This document shows, one piece after another, positions 20,002-30,796 of a stretch of DNA of 64,000 nt. The translations under genes were made by a program, and so were the position numbers. Origin of the DNA: an uncultured Chloroflexia bacterium (GTDB lineage Bacteria; Chloroflexota; Anaerolineae; JAAYZQ01); assembly GCA_963700285.1 (NCBI GenBank), contig CAVOXA010000001.1, positions 1,152,001-1,216,000 on the forward strand, read 5' to 3'. Within the stretch, counting starts at the first letter, position 1. Each line of letters begins with the position of its first letter. Below the pieces are notes generated by a model, which worked only from the letters and a program-made list of their open reading frames with translations, did not search any database and had not been told where the DNA came from.

Positions 20002-21723
20002 CTATACCTCTTCGTCGCTTCTCGTGTGCAGTAGAGCCTCTACGGCCTCATGGACATAGTCAAAGAGCCGCTCGCGCCCCAGAGCGTCAAGGATGCCATG
20101 CCGTTCCATACTGTCCACGATCCCGACCTTGGTCCGGGCCAGGTGCAGCTCGATGCCCGTGCTTTGCAGTTCCTCTAGTACGTCGTGCAGCACATCGGAA
20201 CCCTCCAGATCGATGATGTTGGTGCCCTCCATGTCCAGCACGATGCCCTTGACCTCCGTGTCGGCGTCCGCGATCAGCGCTCTAATCCGGTCGCGCAAGT
20301 TTCTGGAAGTCGCAAAGAAAAGGGGCCCGTCAAAACGCAGGACGATCAGCCCGGGATGGGTCTCGCTGTCGGGGAACCGTTCGAGGCTGTGGTAGACTCT
20401 GCTATTCGGCATTCTGCCCAGCAGTGGCATGGCCGGGTGGGATGTGCGCCAGACGAGCCAGAGGAGTGAGAGACCTACGCCGATGAGAACGCCCTGCAGT
20501 ATGCCAAAGGTAAGCACTCCCAGCAAGGCCGCCAGGGCCAGCCAAAACTCGGTGCGCGCCAGATGCCAAAGGCGCTGCATGGCCCGAACCTTCAGCAGGC
20601 CGAATACGATGGCCGTGATGATCACGGCGGCCAGTACGGGCTGGGGCACGTGGGAGAAGAGCGGCGCCACGAACAGCAGGGTCAGGATGAGAAAGATGCC
20701 CAGGACCAGAGAAACCAATTGACTCTTGCCACCCGCCGCGGCACTGACAGAAGTAACGCTAAACACCCCGGTCAGGCTCATGCCCTGGAACAGTCCCGAA
20801 ATAACGTTGGGCATACCCTGGGCAAGCATCTCCTGGTCAGCGTCGATGTCATAGTGGTCCTGGGCGGCATACTGGCGGGCAGCGGCCAGGGAGACGGAAA
20901 GGCCGACCAAGAAGACGCCGGCGGCCGCGGGGATGACGACCTGCAGGTTGTCTACCACGAGGCTGAGGCTGGGCAGGGCCAGGCTGGGCAGCCCCCGGGG
21001 AACGGAGCCCACCAGTTCCACGCCGGTGTTGCTCAGCCCAAAAACCAGCTCAACGCCGATGCCCAAGGCCACGGCCAGCAGGGCTCCCGGAAATTTGGGG
21101 GCCCACAGCTTGAGGGCGAAAAGGAGGGCAAGTGTGGTCAGGCCCACCACCAGCGAAGCGGGGTTGGTGTCGGGCAGACCCTGGATCCAGTTCCAAAGCT
21201 TCAGCCAGGTGTTGGTGCCAGATTCCGTCGTACCCGTGATCCAGTGTACCTGGCTAACGATCAGGGCGATGCCGATGCCAAACACAAAGCCGGTGAGCAC
21301 GCTTTCGGACAGGAAATTGGAGATCCAACCCATCCTGAGCAGGGCACAGATGATGTACAGCAGGCCGGCCAGCAGGGCAATGGTCGCCACGAGCTGCACG
21401 GCCTCGTCGGAGCCCCGGTCGGTGACCGCCAGCACGGCCGCACCGGCGATTGCGGCCAGGGACGCCCCAGGCGTGGTGATGACATGCCGCGAGGTGGTGA
21501 ACAGGGGGAAGACCAGCGCGGCGATGGTCGCTGCATAGAGGCCGTGCTGAACGGGAACCCCAGCGATGGCCGCTGATGCCAGACAGGCAGGCACCAGCAG
21601 CGCCCAGACCGATAGGGCGCCGATGACGTCGCCCGCGAGCCACTCGCGTTTGTAGTGGGGCAGCCACTGGAGGATGGGCAGGGTTCGGTACAGGAGGTTC
21701 TCTTTCTTCTTCGTGGCAGCCAT
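20002..21723 (-). CDS. SulP family anion permease with C-terminal STAS domain
   Basis: GDVIGAL, GLYAA, SESVLTGF, RFDGPLFFA and IDLEG motifs. Confidence 0.9.
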   Translation of the reverse strand: MAATKKKENLLYRTLPILQWLPHYKREWLAGDVIGALSVWALLVPACLASAAIAGVPVQHGLYAATIAALVFPLFTTSRHVITTPGASLAAIAGAAVLAVTDRGSDEAVQLVATIALLAGLLYIICALLRMGWISNFLSESVLTGFVFGIGIALIVSQVHWITGTTESGTNTWLKLWNWIQGLPDTNPASLVVGLTTLALLFALKLWAPKFPGALLAVALGIGVELVFGLSNTGVELVGSVPRGLPSLALPSLSLVVDNLQVVIPAAAGVFLVGLSVSLAAARQYAAQDHYDIDADQEMLAQGMPNVISGLFQGMSLTGVFSVTSVSAAAGGKSQLVSLVLGIFLILTLLFVAPLFSHVPQPVLAAVIITAIVFGLLKVRAMQRLWHLARTEFWLALAALLGVLTFGILQGVLIGVGLSLLWLVWRTSHPAMPLLGRMPNSRVYHSLERFPDSETHPGLIVLRFDGPLFFATSRNLRDRIRALIADADTEVKGIVLDMEGTNIIDLEGSDVLHDVLEELQSTGIELHLARTKVGIVDSMERHGILDALGRERLFDYVHEAVEALLHTRSDEEV

Positions 21724-21879
21724 GATTCGGAATCCCCTTGATCTAGGTCTCACTCCTCTATCGGTGCCATCAGGCAGATGCGCAGGCTTTCCAGCACTAT
21801 CGAGTTGCCGTGTCCGCTACTGGCTGTCCTGGTAAGGGACACGTGGTGGCTGGACAAGTACCACCGCCTGGTCGTCGAG

Positions 21880-24800
21880 CTATCTCACAAAAGACACTCC
21901 CCAGAACGCCGGTGACACGGGGGTCGTCTGGGCGATCCACGTCTGGCCGCCGTCCGCTGTATGCAAGACATGCCCCGGATTCGGCGGGACAGGCTGCGTC
22001 ACGGACCAGGCGGTCTGCCCGTCCACGGCACTGATTCGTAGGATATAGTCGCCGGTTGTGCCTGGTGGAGCGGGTTGCTTTGCCCAGTGACCTCCACCGT
22101 CATCTGAACGAAAGATCCCTCCCTCGTCAGTCACAACCCAAACGGTACTGTGGTCAACCGCAAAGACGCCGTTGACGTCATAGCCGGCAACTGGAAGGTT
22201 CTGGTCAATCCAGGTGAGGCCACCGTCTGAAGTATGCACGACCAAGTCGCGGCCGACAGCCCATACCGTGTTCGCATCGACCCCATGCACCGAGATCAGG
22301 TAGTAGCCCGAAAGTTCTCTTGTGAGTGAGTAGGGTATTCTCTCCCAGGTGATGCCTCCGTCGGTTGTGCGCACAATCGTCCCGTACTCGTTCCCGGGCT
22401 CATTCGCCCCAACAACCCAGGCATGGTCCCCATCGCTGGCATAGACGCCGCACAGGTTGGCCGCCAACGCCATGTCCTGCGCCTGTCTGGTCCACGTGCT
22501 GCCTCCATCCGAAGTATGAAGGATGACGCCAGGCGGGCTGGCAGCCCAATCGGCACCAGCAACCCAGGCCGTTTCGCTATCCACAGCGTAGACCCCGCAC
22601 AGACCAGTCTGAGAGGCCTCAGCCGGGACTGCCTGGCGCTGCCAGGTGCGGCCGCCGTTCTTGGTGCGTAGGATGGTGCCCTGTTCGCCAACCACCCAGG
22701 CGTTCTGGACATCGATGGCTGCCACCCCACCCAGGTTCACGTCGGGAATCTCGCCCGCGCTTCCCTGCCGCACCCAGGTCTCCCCGCCATCGGTCGTGTG
22801 GATGATCACGCCGTAACCATCCACGCTGTGCCCGGCCGCCCAACCTGTGGTCCTGAGGCCGCGCTTGGCCACTAGCGGCAGATAGCGCCAGAACCCAGGC
22901 CACTCGTAGGCGCCCAGGTCCACGGCCGGGCCCCTCGGGCGGGCCAGGTCGTCGGCATCGTGATCCGGCGCCGGCGGCACGCCGGCCGGGTCGCCCGCGT
23001 CCACCGCGGCGGAGCCGGTGCTGAGATGGTAGTCGTCGCCCGCCGGGTCGGCAAAGGCCGGGTCGCCCGTCACCGGGTGGGTGTGGCTGACGATGCCCGC
23101 GGCGTCGACGTCGGTGCCGTTGGCGTGCCACAGGGTATAGCGTACCGTGACCGTGGTGTCCTGGGCGACGCTGATGCCCACGGTGTGGCTGACCACGATG
23201 TTGTTGGTCAGGGTGACGGGAATGGTCGCCAGGTTGACGGACAGGCCGATGTCGCCATTGGCGACCACGGTGTTGTTGGTGATTTCGGCGCCCTGGGGCA
23301 AGAACCCCAGGGAAACGCCCCCTACAACGCTGGCCTGGTTGCCCGCCACCACGTTGTTGGAGAAGGAGAGGCCGTCGTAGATACCAAAGAAGGAACAGCC
23401 GCCATCCGCAGAAGGAACGGCCGGGTCGGCACTGGCCCGGTTGTCCACGATGAGGTTGCCGTCCACGGTGGCGTCAAACGTCTCATCTTCCAGCATGTCT
23501 ATGACCAGGCCGCCTCCGCTGCTATAGCCGGCCATGCCCGCCCGGTTGCGCGAGATCTGGTTGCGCAGGACGTGACTGCCGCTGGTCCCGCGCAGTAGCA
23601 GGCCGCCCCCACGCCCACGGCCATCCAGGAGCGCCCCAGCATTGCCGGTTACCGCGTTGCCCGCAACCAGTGCGTCCCTGGATGTGTCGATGAGGGCGCC
23701 GCCGCCATATCCGCCAGCTATCCCGCAGGAGTGGCAGGCGGCGTTGGCCGTGATGGTGTTGCTGACCAGCCGGCTGCTCTCGAGCGCCGTGCCCTGGAAG
23801 CCGCCGCCGAACTGGCCGAAACTGCCCCCATAGTCGCCGAACATGCAGGCGGCGTTCTCCTCTATGACGTTGCTGGCCACCGTGGTGCTATAGACGGCGG
23901 CCACTTTGATGCCGCCGCCCTGGCAGTCCCAGCAGAAGAAGCCGGCCAGGTTGCCGGTCACCTCGTTACCGGCCACCAGCCCAAAGTTGGACCAGACGTA
24001 CTGCATGCCTCCCCCGGCGCCTTTGCCATGCAGGGTGGCCACGTTTTCCCTTATCTGATTGTCCTGAACGGCAGCGCGTGGGGAGTGGGTGACAAAGAGG
24101 CCACCTCCTATTCCCCGGGTGGCGTTCCAGGCGCCGCTGGCCATGTTGCGTTCCAGTTGGTTGCCCTGGACCAGGGCGTCGGGGCAGGTGTGCAGGGCGA
24201 GCCCACCGCCAATGCCCTCGCCGGCCTCCCCCGTGTCGCTGGCCAGGTTGTCAAGGAACGTGGTGTCCTGGACGACCAGGCCGGGAGAGGAGTAGACATA
24301 GGCCCCACCCCCGTAACCACTGCCGGTGCTGCTGGCAACATTCTCCTCCACGACGTTGTTGCGGACGATTGCGCCGGGGGTGTTGTAAAGATAAAGACCA
24401 CCTCCCCAACCCTCACCCTGGACGGAAGCCAAGTTCCCGGCGATGAGGTTGTCTTCGATGCGCACCCCGCCGGTTGGGGCATCGCCGGCAAAGACGCCAC
24501 CTCCGACGCCCAGACCGTCCTGGCTGGCCACGTTGCCGATGATGGTACTGTTGAGCAGGTGCAGGCTGGCGTTCTGGCTATAGAGCCCTCCCCCGGTGCC
24601 CGGCCCCAGTTCCGGGGCGAGCTGGGGAGAAGCGGTGGCTGCCCGGGCCCGGGCCTCCTCTGCCCGCGCCGTCAGCCGCTCCAGCCGGGCGAGGGCCGCC
24701 TCATAGGCCGGCGGGCCGCCGGGATAGAGGCCGCTGTCCGCCAGGCGCCCCAGACCCGCCCGCAAGTCAGTCGCCCGCTGGGTTGGCGAGCGGGGATCGG

Positions 24801-25275
24801 CAAGCCCCTGTTCCAGCGGCGTCCCGGCATCGCCGGAGGCAGGGTCCGCGCCCGGCGGGGCGGGAATCGCGACCATCCCGAGGCCACTGGCGTCGCCGTT
24901 CTCCAGGGTGAAGCCGTCTATGGTGACCACGGTATCGCTGCTGGCGCAGGTGATGCTGACGGCACGGCCAGCCCAGTCGGCGAATACGACGCTGGCGCCC
25001 AGGGTGCGTGTGGCAAAGGTGGGGTCCCAACCGCCAGTCAGGGTGATGCCCTCGGTAATGGATAGGTTCTCCGTGTAGGTGCCGCTGGCCACCAAGATCG
25101 TGTCACCACCCGCTGCCGCGTCGATGGCGGCCTGGATGGTGGGGTGATCGTCGGGAACCTTGATGGTGTCCGCAGTGGTGCTCATTGGGGATTGGGCGCC
25201 TGCAGTCAGGACCAACAACAGAGCCACCAGACCCATGCCGGTCAACGCGAATGTCAAATGTGCCATGCGATTCAT
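21880..25275 (-). CDS. Large secreted protein: right-handed beta-helix, choice-of-anchor Q, and YCF48/BNR-repeat domain
   Basis: Signal peptide; TIQAAIDAA; GGG/N-rich repeats; DYHLSTGSAAVDAG...DLGAYE; YLPLVAK; repeated TxDGGxTW. Confidence 0.8.
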   Translation of the reverse strand: MNRMAHLTFALTGMGLVALLLVLTAGAQSPMSTTADTIKVPDDHPTIQAAIDAAAGGDTILVASGTYTENLSITEGITLTGGWDPTFATRTLGASVVFADWAGRAVSITCASSDTVVTIDGFTLENGDASGLGMVAIPAPPGADPASGDAGTPLEQGLADPRSPTQRATDLRAGLGRLADSGLYPGGPPAYEAALARLERLTARAEEARARAATASPQLAPELGPGTGGGLYSQNASLHLLNSTIIGNVASQDGLGVGGGVFAGDAPTGGVRIEDNLIAGNLASVQGEGWGGGLYLYNTPGAIVRNNVVEENVASSTGSGYGGGAYVYSSPGLVVQDTTFLDNLASDTGEAGEGIGGGLALHTCPDALVQGNQLERNMASGAWNATRGIGGGLFVTHSPRAAVQDNQIRENVATLHGKGAGGGMQYVWSNFGLVAGNEVTGNLAGFFCWDCQGGGIKVAAVYSTTVASNVIEENAACMFGDYGGSFGQFGGGFQGTALESSRLVSNTITANAACHSCGIAGGYGGGALIDTSRDALVAGNAVTGNAGALLDGRGRGGGLLLRGTSGSHVLRNQISRNRAGMAGYSSGGGLVIDMLEDETFDATVDGNLIVDNRASADPAVPSADGGCSFFGIYDGLSFSNNVVAGNQASVVGGVSLGFLPQGAEITNNTVVANGDIGLSVNLATIPVTLTNNIVVSHTVGISVAQDTTVTVRYTLWHANGTDVDAAGIVSHTHPVTGDPAFADPAGDDYHLSTGSAAVDAGDPAGVPPAPDHDADDLARPRGPAVDLGAYEWPGFWRYLPLVAKRGLRTTGWAAGHSVDGYGVIIHTTDGGETWVRQGSAGEIPDVNLGGVAAIDVQNAWVVGEQGTILRTKNGGRTWQRQAVPAEASQTGLCGVYAVDSETAWVAGADWAASPPGVILHTSDGGSTWTRQAQDMALAANLCGVYASDGDHAWVVGANEPGNEYGTIVRTTDGGITWERIPYSLTRELSGYYLISVHGVDANTVWAVGRDLVVHTSDGGLTWIDQNLPVAGYDVNGVFAVDHSTVWVVTDEGGIFRSDDGGGHWAKQPAPPGTTGDYILRISAVDGQTAWSVTQPVPPNPGHVLHTADGGQTWIAQTTPVSPAFWGVSFVR

Positions 25276-25511
25276 CGGTTTTTCTCCTTCCCTTGTGTCT
25301 CTAGACACTCCTCAATGCATCGGCTCGTCATTCCATCGCCCGAATCTTCCTCCCTAGATCGCAGAAAATCGGCCAAGCTGTCCAGATCAGGCAATTCCGA
25401 GCGTTGGCCCGTGGCCACGCACTGTAGGGATACCCGGTAGTCGGTCACGCCCCCCCGCCGGGTCGGCCAGAGGCGGATCAAGTAGGCACAGCACGGGACA
25501 GGTTGCTCCAT
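25272..25511 (-). CDS. Small hypothetical protein (YLIRLW type)
   Basis: AYLIRLW...YRVSLQCVATGQR...LDSLADFL; AGGAGG RBS; overlaps the start of the next gene. Confidence 0.65.
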   Translation of the reverse strand: MEQPVPCCAYLIRLWPTRRGGVTDYRVSLQCVATGQRSELPDLDSLADFLRSREEDSGDGMTSRCIEECLETQGKEKNR

Positions 25512-25677
25512 CTTTCGCCTCCTTTCGATTCCTGAGGGTCACCAGCGGGTGCGGAAGACTTGTTGCTCTTCGGTCTTCACTCATAGCCATAGCGAAGGAT
25601 CTCCGTTGGGCATGCGAGGAGGCATTGCCCGCGGGCAAAGAAGAGCCTCGATAAGGAGAACGTTCGGAATCAGTCGC

Positions 25678-26975
25678 TTACTCCCAATTGGCTGTGTCAA
25701 AGGTGTTGTTGCGCCACTTGTTACTTGTGCCTTCGTCAAACAGGTCGTAGTTGCCGCTTCGCACTGCTGTGTTCTCGATGATCTTGTTGTTGTCGCCTGC
25801 TACCTCGATGCCATTGTCATCGTTGTCGTGAACATCATTGCTCTTGAGTTTGTTTTCGTCGCCAAACACCACGATCCCGTCCGCGGTGTGGTCCTGGGCA
25901 ACGTTATTGAGGACCTGGTTCTTGTCCGCCCCCGGGTTCAGACAAATACCGCTGAGGTTGCGGTATATGGTATTGAGCCGGACCCGGTTGTCGCTTACAG
26001 ATGCTCCTTCAGCGTCCCAGGGCTCAGCACCCAGCTCGATCCCACAGATCGCAGAGAAGCTCGCTTCGTTCCTTAGCACAATGTTATGGGATAGCGTGGC
26101 TCCAGCGCCTGCTTCGAGGGAAATACAATCTTCCCCACAGTTCTGAATGATGTTCTTTGATATCTGGTTGTGAGTAAGAACTGTTCCGGGTCCGGCATAC
26201 AGGGAGATGCCATTCCCGGCGCAGTAGCCCATCGTGTTCCCTTCGATCCTATGGCGGCCCTGGGCTATCTTGTTTTCCCCAGAGTGCCGACGGCGATGCA
26301 GTGCCCGAAGGACGCTCCATCAATGCTATTCCCAGATATGAGGAATCCCTTGCCGTTGCCTACCCCGATTGGTGTCTGGGCGATTTGCTGGAGTGTGTTG
26401 TTCCGGATCACATTACCACGATTGATGGCATCCTCTGTCTCAGCCGCCACTTCAATGCCAATGTCAGCTGCATGGATCGTATTGCCCTCAATGGTGTTAG
26501 AATCCGACCCACCATCCTGATCCCTGCACGTAAGGGCATTGACCCCGAGGCATGAGTGATTGAGGTAGATATAGTTGTCCACAAAGGTGTTGTGGCTTCC
26601 TTGGAACTTGATCCCGGCGGCGCAGTCCCATCCGTACGCGATCTCAAAGCCCTGGATGGTCACATAGTCGGCGTGAACATCAAAACCAGCCGGTAACCAG
26701 CCTGCCGGCGGCTCCACGGTGACGCCATCACCCTGGGCGATGATCCGCAGGTTGTTCTTGGTGATGGACACTGCTTCGTTGTAGTGATCAGGATAAACGA
26801 GGATCTTGCTGCCTTTCTCTGCAGCATTGACAGCGGCCTGGATGGTCGCATACTCCTGGCCAGGGCCCACGCGAAGCGTGTTTCCCTCTCCTTTCACCGA
26901 GACGGGTACCGCCATGAGCAGTACCATCAATAGAACGACCAACATACCGAGAACCCCAGATTTGCGCTTGTTCAT
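25678..26975 (-). CDS. Secreted right-handed parallel beta-helix (NosD-like) protein (frameshift near 26270)
   Basis: Signal peptide MNKRKS...; YATIQAAVNAA; Asn-rich PbH1 repeats continuing in ORF 25678-26232. Confidence 0.75.
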
Positions 26976-27084
26976 TTCTCCTCCTCTTTTTCTGACATAC
27001 AGATCGGGGTCGGCCATTGCCCGTACACGGGGCTGCGACGAAGGGATAGCAAAGCTAGGCAGCAGCGCGCCCGAGTCTGGTCCC

Positions 27085-27118
27085 ATGATACCATACCAGC
27101 GTGACAAAAGCGTGACAA
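27085..27118 (-). promoter_or_regulatory. Candidate SARP/OmpR-type direct-repeat site plus extended -10 promoter
   Basis: Minus strand TTGTCACGCT-T-TTGTCACGCT (11-bp period), then 7 bp, then TATCAT with TG extension. Confidence 0.6.
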
Positions 27119-27400
27119 TTTGGCCGTGTTTCGTTAAACTCTACTTGTGCTCTGCATCAAAGTGAGTTATAATCAGCAGACTACTACCAACTGCCCGGAT
27201 GCTTGTCACCGGCTGCGATCCTGACCCGCTTTCGTCAAGTTTACTGGGTTCATCTCGTCTGTCCGGGCACAGCTTTCGGGGGAGTCGGGTAGTACGTGTT
27301 CCGCTCTGTGGTCCATTGACAACGGCAGCCGCGTGGCGGTACGGTCCATTCACGGCAACCGCAGCTTGCCCCGGCAGCAAGACAAAAATCTGACAGCGCC

Positions 27401-30400
27401 ATGACCAGCCCTTCTGATAAAGCCGGCGACTACCAGCCAACACCTGCACGATTGGTGTTGTGCTTTCTTGGCCCACCCCAAGTTCTTCTGGATGGAGAGG
27501 TGGTACTGGGCCAGCGAGCTCAAAAGCCTTTGGCCTTGCTGGCCTACCTGGCCCGGCAGGCGGATCGCCCCCATCCGCGCGGCGCACTCGCCGCGCTCTT
27601 TTGGCCCAACAAGCCCGAGAAGCGCGCCCTGCAGGATCTGCGGCAAACGCTGGCTCGACTGCGCGCCGCGATAGGAGATCGCGCGCCATCAGGAGATCGC
27701 GCGCCATCTGATGATGGCGCTGCGACTTTCCCCTATCTGCTCGTCGATTCCCAGTCGGTCCAATTCAACCGCCAGAGCGATTACTGGTTGGATGTGAAAG
27801 TATTTGAGGAATTGGTGGCCACGACCGAAGATCACCGCCATCGACGCTTGGATGCTTGCCTCACCTGCGCGGCGCGCCTTTCCGAGGCTGCCCAAGTCTA
27901 CAAAGGGGAGTTTCTGGCCAGCCTGCATCCCGCGGGAAGCCCGGCTCTGGACGAATGGCTGCTGATCCAGCGAGAACAACTGCAGCAGCGCGCCTGCGTC
28001 ATGCTCCACGCCCTGGCTGTTGCTCACCTGGCGCGGGGTGAAGCCGATGTGGCCCGGGACTATTGCCGGAGGTGGCTGCGCCTGGATCCCTGGAACGAGG
28101 TGGCCCAACGGCTCATGTTGCGCGCCATCTCAATAGAGGAGGGGCGCAACGCGGCTCTGAATCACTATCGGACCTTTAGAGCGGATCTGGCCTGTGAACT
28201 GGGAGTCGAGCCCGAAGATGCAACCCTCGCCCTCGTCGACCAGATGGGGGCTGATGCACCGGCTGGTATGGAGCCTCACCTTCCCTTTGGGTCTTTGTCA
28301 GCGCCGGCAACACCCTTTGTCGGACGCGACGCGGAGTTGGCACGGGTCTCCGACTACCTGGCGGGCCAAGATCAGCGCCTAATCACCCTCTACGGCCCCG
28401 GTGGAAGTGGAAAATCACGGCTGGCGCTGGAAGTTGCAGCAATGCAGGCGTCCCTGTGGCGAGATGGTGTGTGGTTCGTTCCCCTGGCCAGTGTGCCAGC
28501 CGCCCGGGCAGTGGTGGACACGCTTGCCTCCGCGCTGAACTTCAGGGTGAGCGGCGATTCGATGCAGGCCGCCCACTTGCTGGATTTTCTGGCTTCCAGG
28601 GAGCTACTGCTGGTTCTGGATAGCTTTGAGCATTTGCTGGATTGTGCGTACCTGTTGCGAGATGTTCTGCGTTCTGCTCCACGGGTCAAGGTCCTGCTGA
28701 CTTCCCGCGCCCGGCTAGGGCTGCCCGAGGAGTGGGCGGTCGAAGTGCTGGGCTTGGACATGCCGTCTGAGCCTCAGCCGACGCTCTTGCAGGCGCAGGA
28801 GCATGCGGCAGTCCGGCTCTTCCTCAACAGTGTTCAGAGGGTGGATCCTGCTTTTGCCCTCTCCCCGGACAACCTGTCTCATATCGTCTACATTTGCCGG
28901 CGCGTTGCCGGCCTGCCGCTGGGTATCGAACTGGCCGCCGCCTGGGCGCGTCTTATCCCTTGCCATAAAATCGCTGAGGAGATGGAAGAGAGCCTGGACT
29001 TTCTCCAGAATCCGGATGACAGTACCGCTGGGCGGCATCGCAGTCTGCGGGCGACCTTTGAATACTCGTACAGGTTGCTGTCAGAAACGCAGCAGGCCGA
29101 GTTTCGGAAGCTATCCGTATTTCGTGGTGGCTGTTCGGCGGAGGGCGCCCATCGAGTTGCCGGGATCAGCCCAGCCGTTCTGATTTGTCTGGCAGACCGG
29201 TCTTTGCTCCAGATTTCGCCTTCCCGTCGCGTGGACATGCACCCCACCCTGCAAGAGTATGCGACGGAGAAGCTGGCCGAGCACCCAGAAGAAGAGGCCG
29301 CAATAAGAGAATCTCACGGTCGCTTCTACCTGTCGTTCCTCCGTACAAAAGAGAACGCGCTCCGTGGAGAGAGTCCCCAAGGGGCTCAGAGTGAGATCGA
29401 CAATGAGTTGGGCAATGTCCGCGAAGCATGGCGGTGGGCCGTAGATGGGGCTGAGTTTGAGGAGTTGGGATCGAGTGCTGCGGCCCTGTCGCGTTACTAT
29501 GACCTCCGAGGGCCCATCCAGGAAGCGGAAGCGGTTTTCGGTGAGGCTGCACAGCGACTGCTGACGCTCGCCCCGGGGACGAACGGGGTGCAGGCGATCG
29601 CATGTCGCTTGCTCACCGAGCAGGCGCGTTTCTTGCTCCAGGGCGGGGACTATGCCCGGACTACTGAGGTGGCCACGGCGGCTGCAGCGCGAGCTCGCAC
29701 GGCTGGGGAGACGCTCTGCGAGGCAACTGTACGCTATATCGAAGGTGAAGCGCTATGGCGCCAGGGCGACTATATGACGGCGCGGGTTGAGCTGGAAGGC
29801 GCCCTGGATCTGAGCCGGAAGGAGCAGGCAACCGAAACAGACCGCCGTGCGGCACGGGAAGTTGAGACTTGGACGCTGGCAAGCCTGGGAGCGGCATGCT
29901 GGATCAACAGAGACCGTGAACAGGGCCAATGCTACCTGCAGCAGGCTCTGGAGATCGCTCAGGCTGACAACAACGTACGGGAGCAGTCCAAGTTGCTGGC
30001 AAACCTGGGTGTGTGCGCGGTTGAGCAGGGGAACTATGCGCAGGCCCACGACCTGCTCCAACAGTCTTTGCTCATCCGGCAATCGATGGGCGACCGTAGG
30101 GGTGAAAGCCTAACCCTGGGAAACCTGGGGAATATTTGGCTATACCTGGGGGCCTATGTGCAGGCCAAAGCTCACTATCAGCAGGCCCTCCACATCCAGC
30201 GCGAGATAGGCGCCCGGAACGACCAGGCGTTGTCGCTGGGCAACCTTGGCTTGGTCCATCACTATCTTGGAGAGAACGCAGCGGCAAGGGATCTCTGCCG
30301 CCGGGCGCTTAGAATCGGACAGGAGACTGGTGAGCGTCGAACGGAAGGCGCGCTGTGGATGAAGCTGGGACATGCCCTGGAGGCACTGGGGCAGCATGAC

Positions 30401-30796
30401 AGCGCTGCCAGGGCCTATCAGGAATCGCATGATCTGCGTCGTGAGATGGGCTGGCACGATGTAGCAATGGAACCTCTGGCCGGTTTGGCCCAGGTGGCGA
30501 TGGCCCAGGGTAGGCTGGATCGGGCCCAGGAATACGTCGAAGTGATCTGGACGCATTTGCAGGACGGCACGCTCAACGGTACGGTGTCCCCGTTCCAAGT
30601 GTACCTGACCTGCTACCATCTTTTTGAGGCGATCAAGGATCCGCGTGCCCACCAGATCTTGGAGCAAGCCCATAGAGATCTACAGGAAAGAGCCGCAAGG
30701 ATTGCGGATGTTGAGATGCAGTGGTCCTTCCTGGAAAACGTACGGCCCCATCGCGAGATCATTCGTGAACTTGCCTTGCTGAACGGGGCCGCCTAG
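27401..30796 (+). CDS. AfsR/SARP-family transcriptional regulator (wHTH-BTAD-NB-ARC-TPR)
   Basis: FLGPPQ...LALLAYL, BTAD (DPWNE, ELGVEP), P-loop GPGGSGKS, GLPLGIELAA, C-terminal TPRs. Confidence 0.9.
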   Translation: MTSPSDKAGDYQPTPARLVLCFLGPPQVLLDGEVVLGQRAQKPLALLAYLARQADRPHPRGALAALFWPNKPEKRALQDLRQTLARLRAAIGDRAPSGDRAPSDDGAATFPYLLVDSQSVQFNRQSDYWLDVKVFEELVATTEDHRHRRLDACLTCAARLSEAAQVYKGEFLASLHPAGSPALDEWLLIQREQLQQRACVMLHALAVAHLARGEADVARDYCRRWLRLDPWNEVAQRLMLRAISIEEGRNAALNHYRTFRADLACELGVEPEDATLALVDQMGADAPAGMEPHLPFGSLSAPATPFVGRDAELARVSDYLAGQDQRLITLYGPGGSGKSRLALEVAAMQASLWRDGVWFVPLASVPAARAVVDTLASALNFRVSGDSMQAAHLLDFLASRELLLVLDSFEHLLDCAYLLRDVLRSAPRVKVLLTSRARLGLPEEWAVEVLGLDMPSEPQPTLLQAQEHAAVRLFLNSVQRVDPAFALSPDNLSHIVYICRRVAGLPLGIELAAAWARLIPCHKIAEEMEESLDFLQNPDDSTAGRHRSLRATFEYSYRLLSETQQAEFRKLSVFRGGCSAEGAHRVAGISPAVLICLADRSLLQISPSRRVDMHPTLQEYATEKLAEHPEEEAAIRESHGRFYLSFLRTKENALRGESPQGAQSEIDNELGNVREAWRWAVDGAEFEELGSSAAALSRYYDLRGPIQEAEAVFGEAAQRLLTLAPGTNGVQAIACRLLTEQARFLLQGGDYARTTEVATAAAARARTAGETLCEATVRYIEGEALWRQGDYMTARVELEGALDLSRKEQATETDRRAAREVETWTLASLGAACWINRDREQGQCYLQQALEIAQADNNVREQSKLLANLGVCAVEQGNYAQAHDLLQQSLLIRQSMGDRRGESLTLGNLGNIWLYLGAYVQAKAHYQQALHIQREIGARNDQALSLGNLGLVHHYLGENAAARDLCRRALRIGQETGERRTEGALWMKLGHALEALGQHDSAARAYQESHDLRREMGWHDVAMEPLAGLAQVAMAQGRLDRAQEYVEVIWTHLQDGTLNGTVSPFQVYLTCYHLFEAIKDPRAHQILEQAHRDLQERAARIADVEMQWSFLENVRPHREIIRELALLNGAA
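27673..27708 (+). repeat. In-frame 18-bp tandem duplication (GDRAPS x2)
   Basis: AGGAGATCGCGCGCCATC twice in tandem. Confidence 0.9.
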
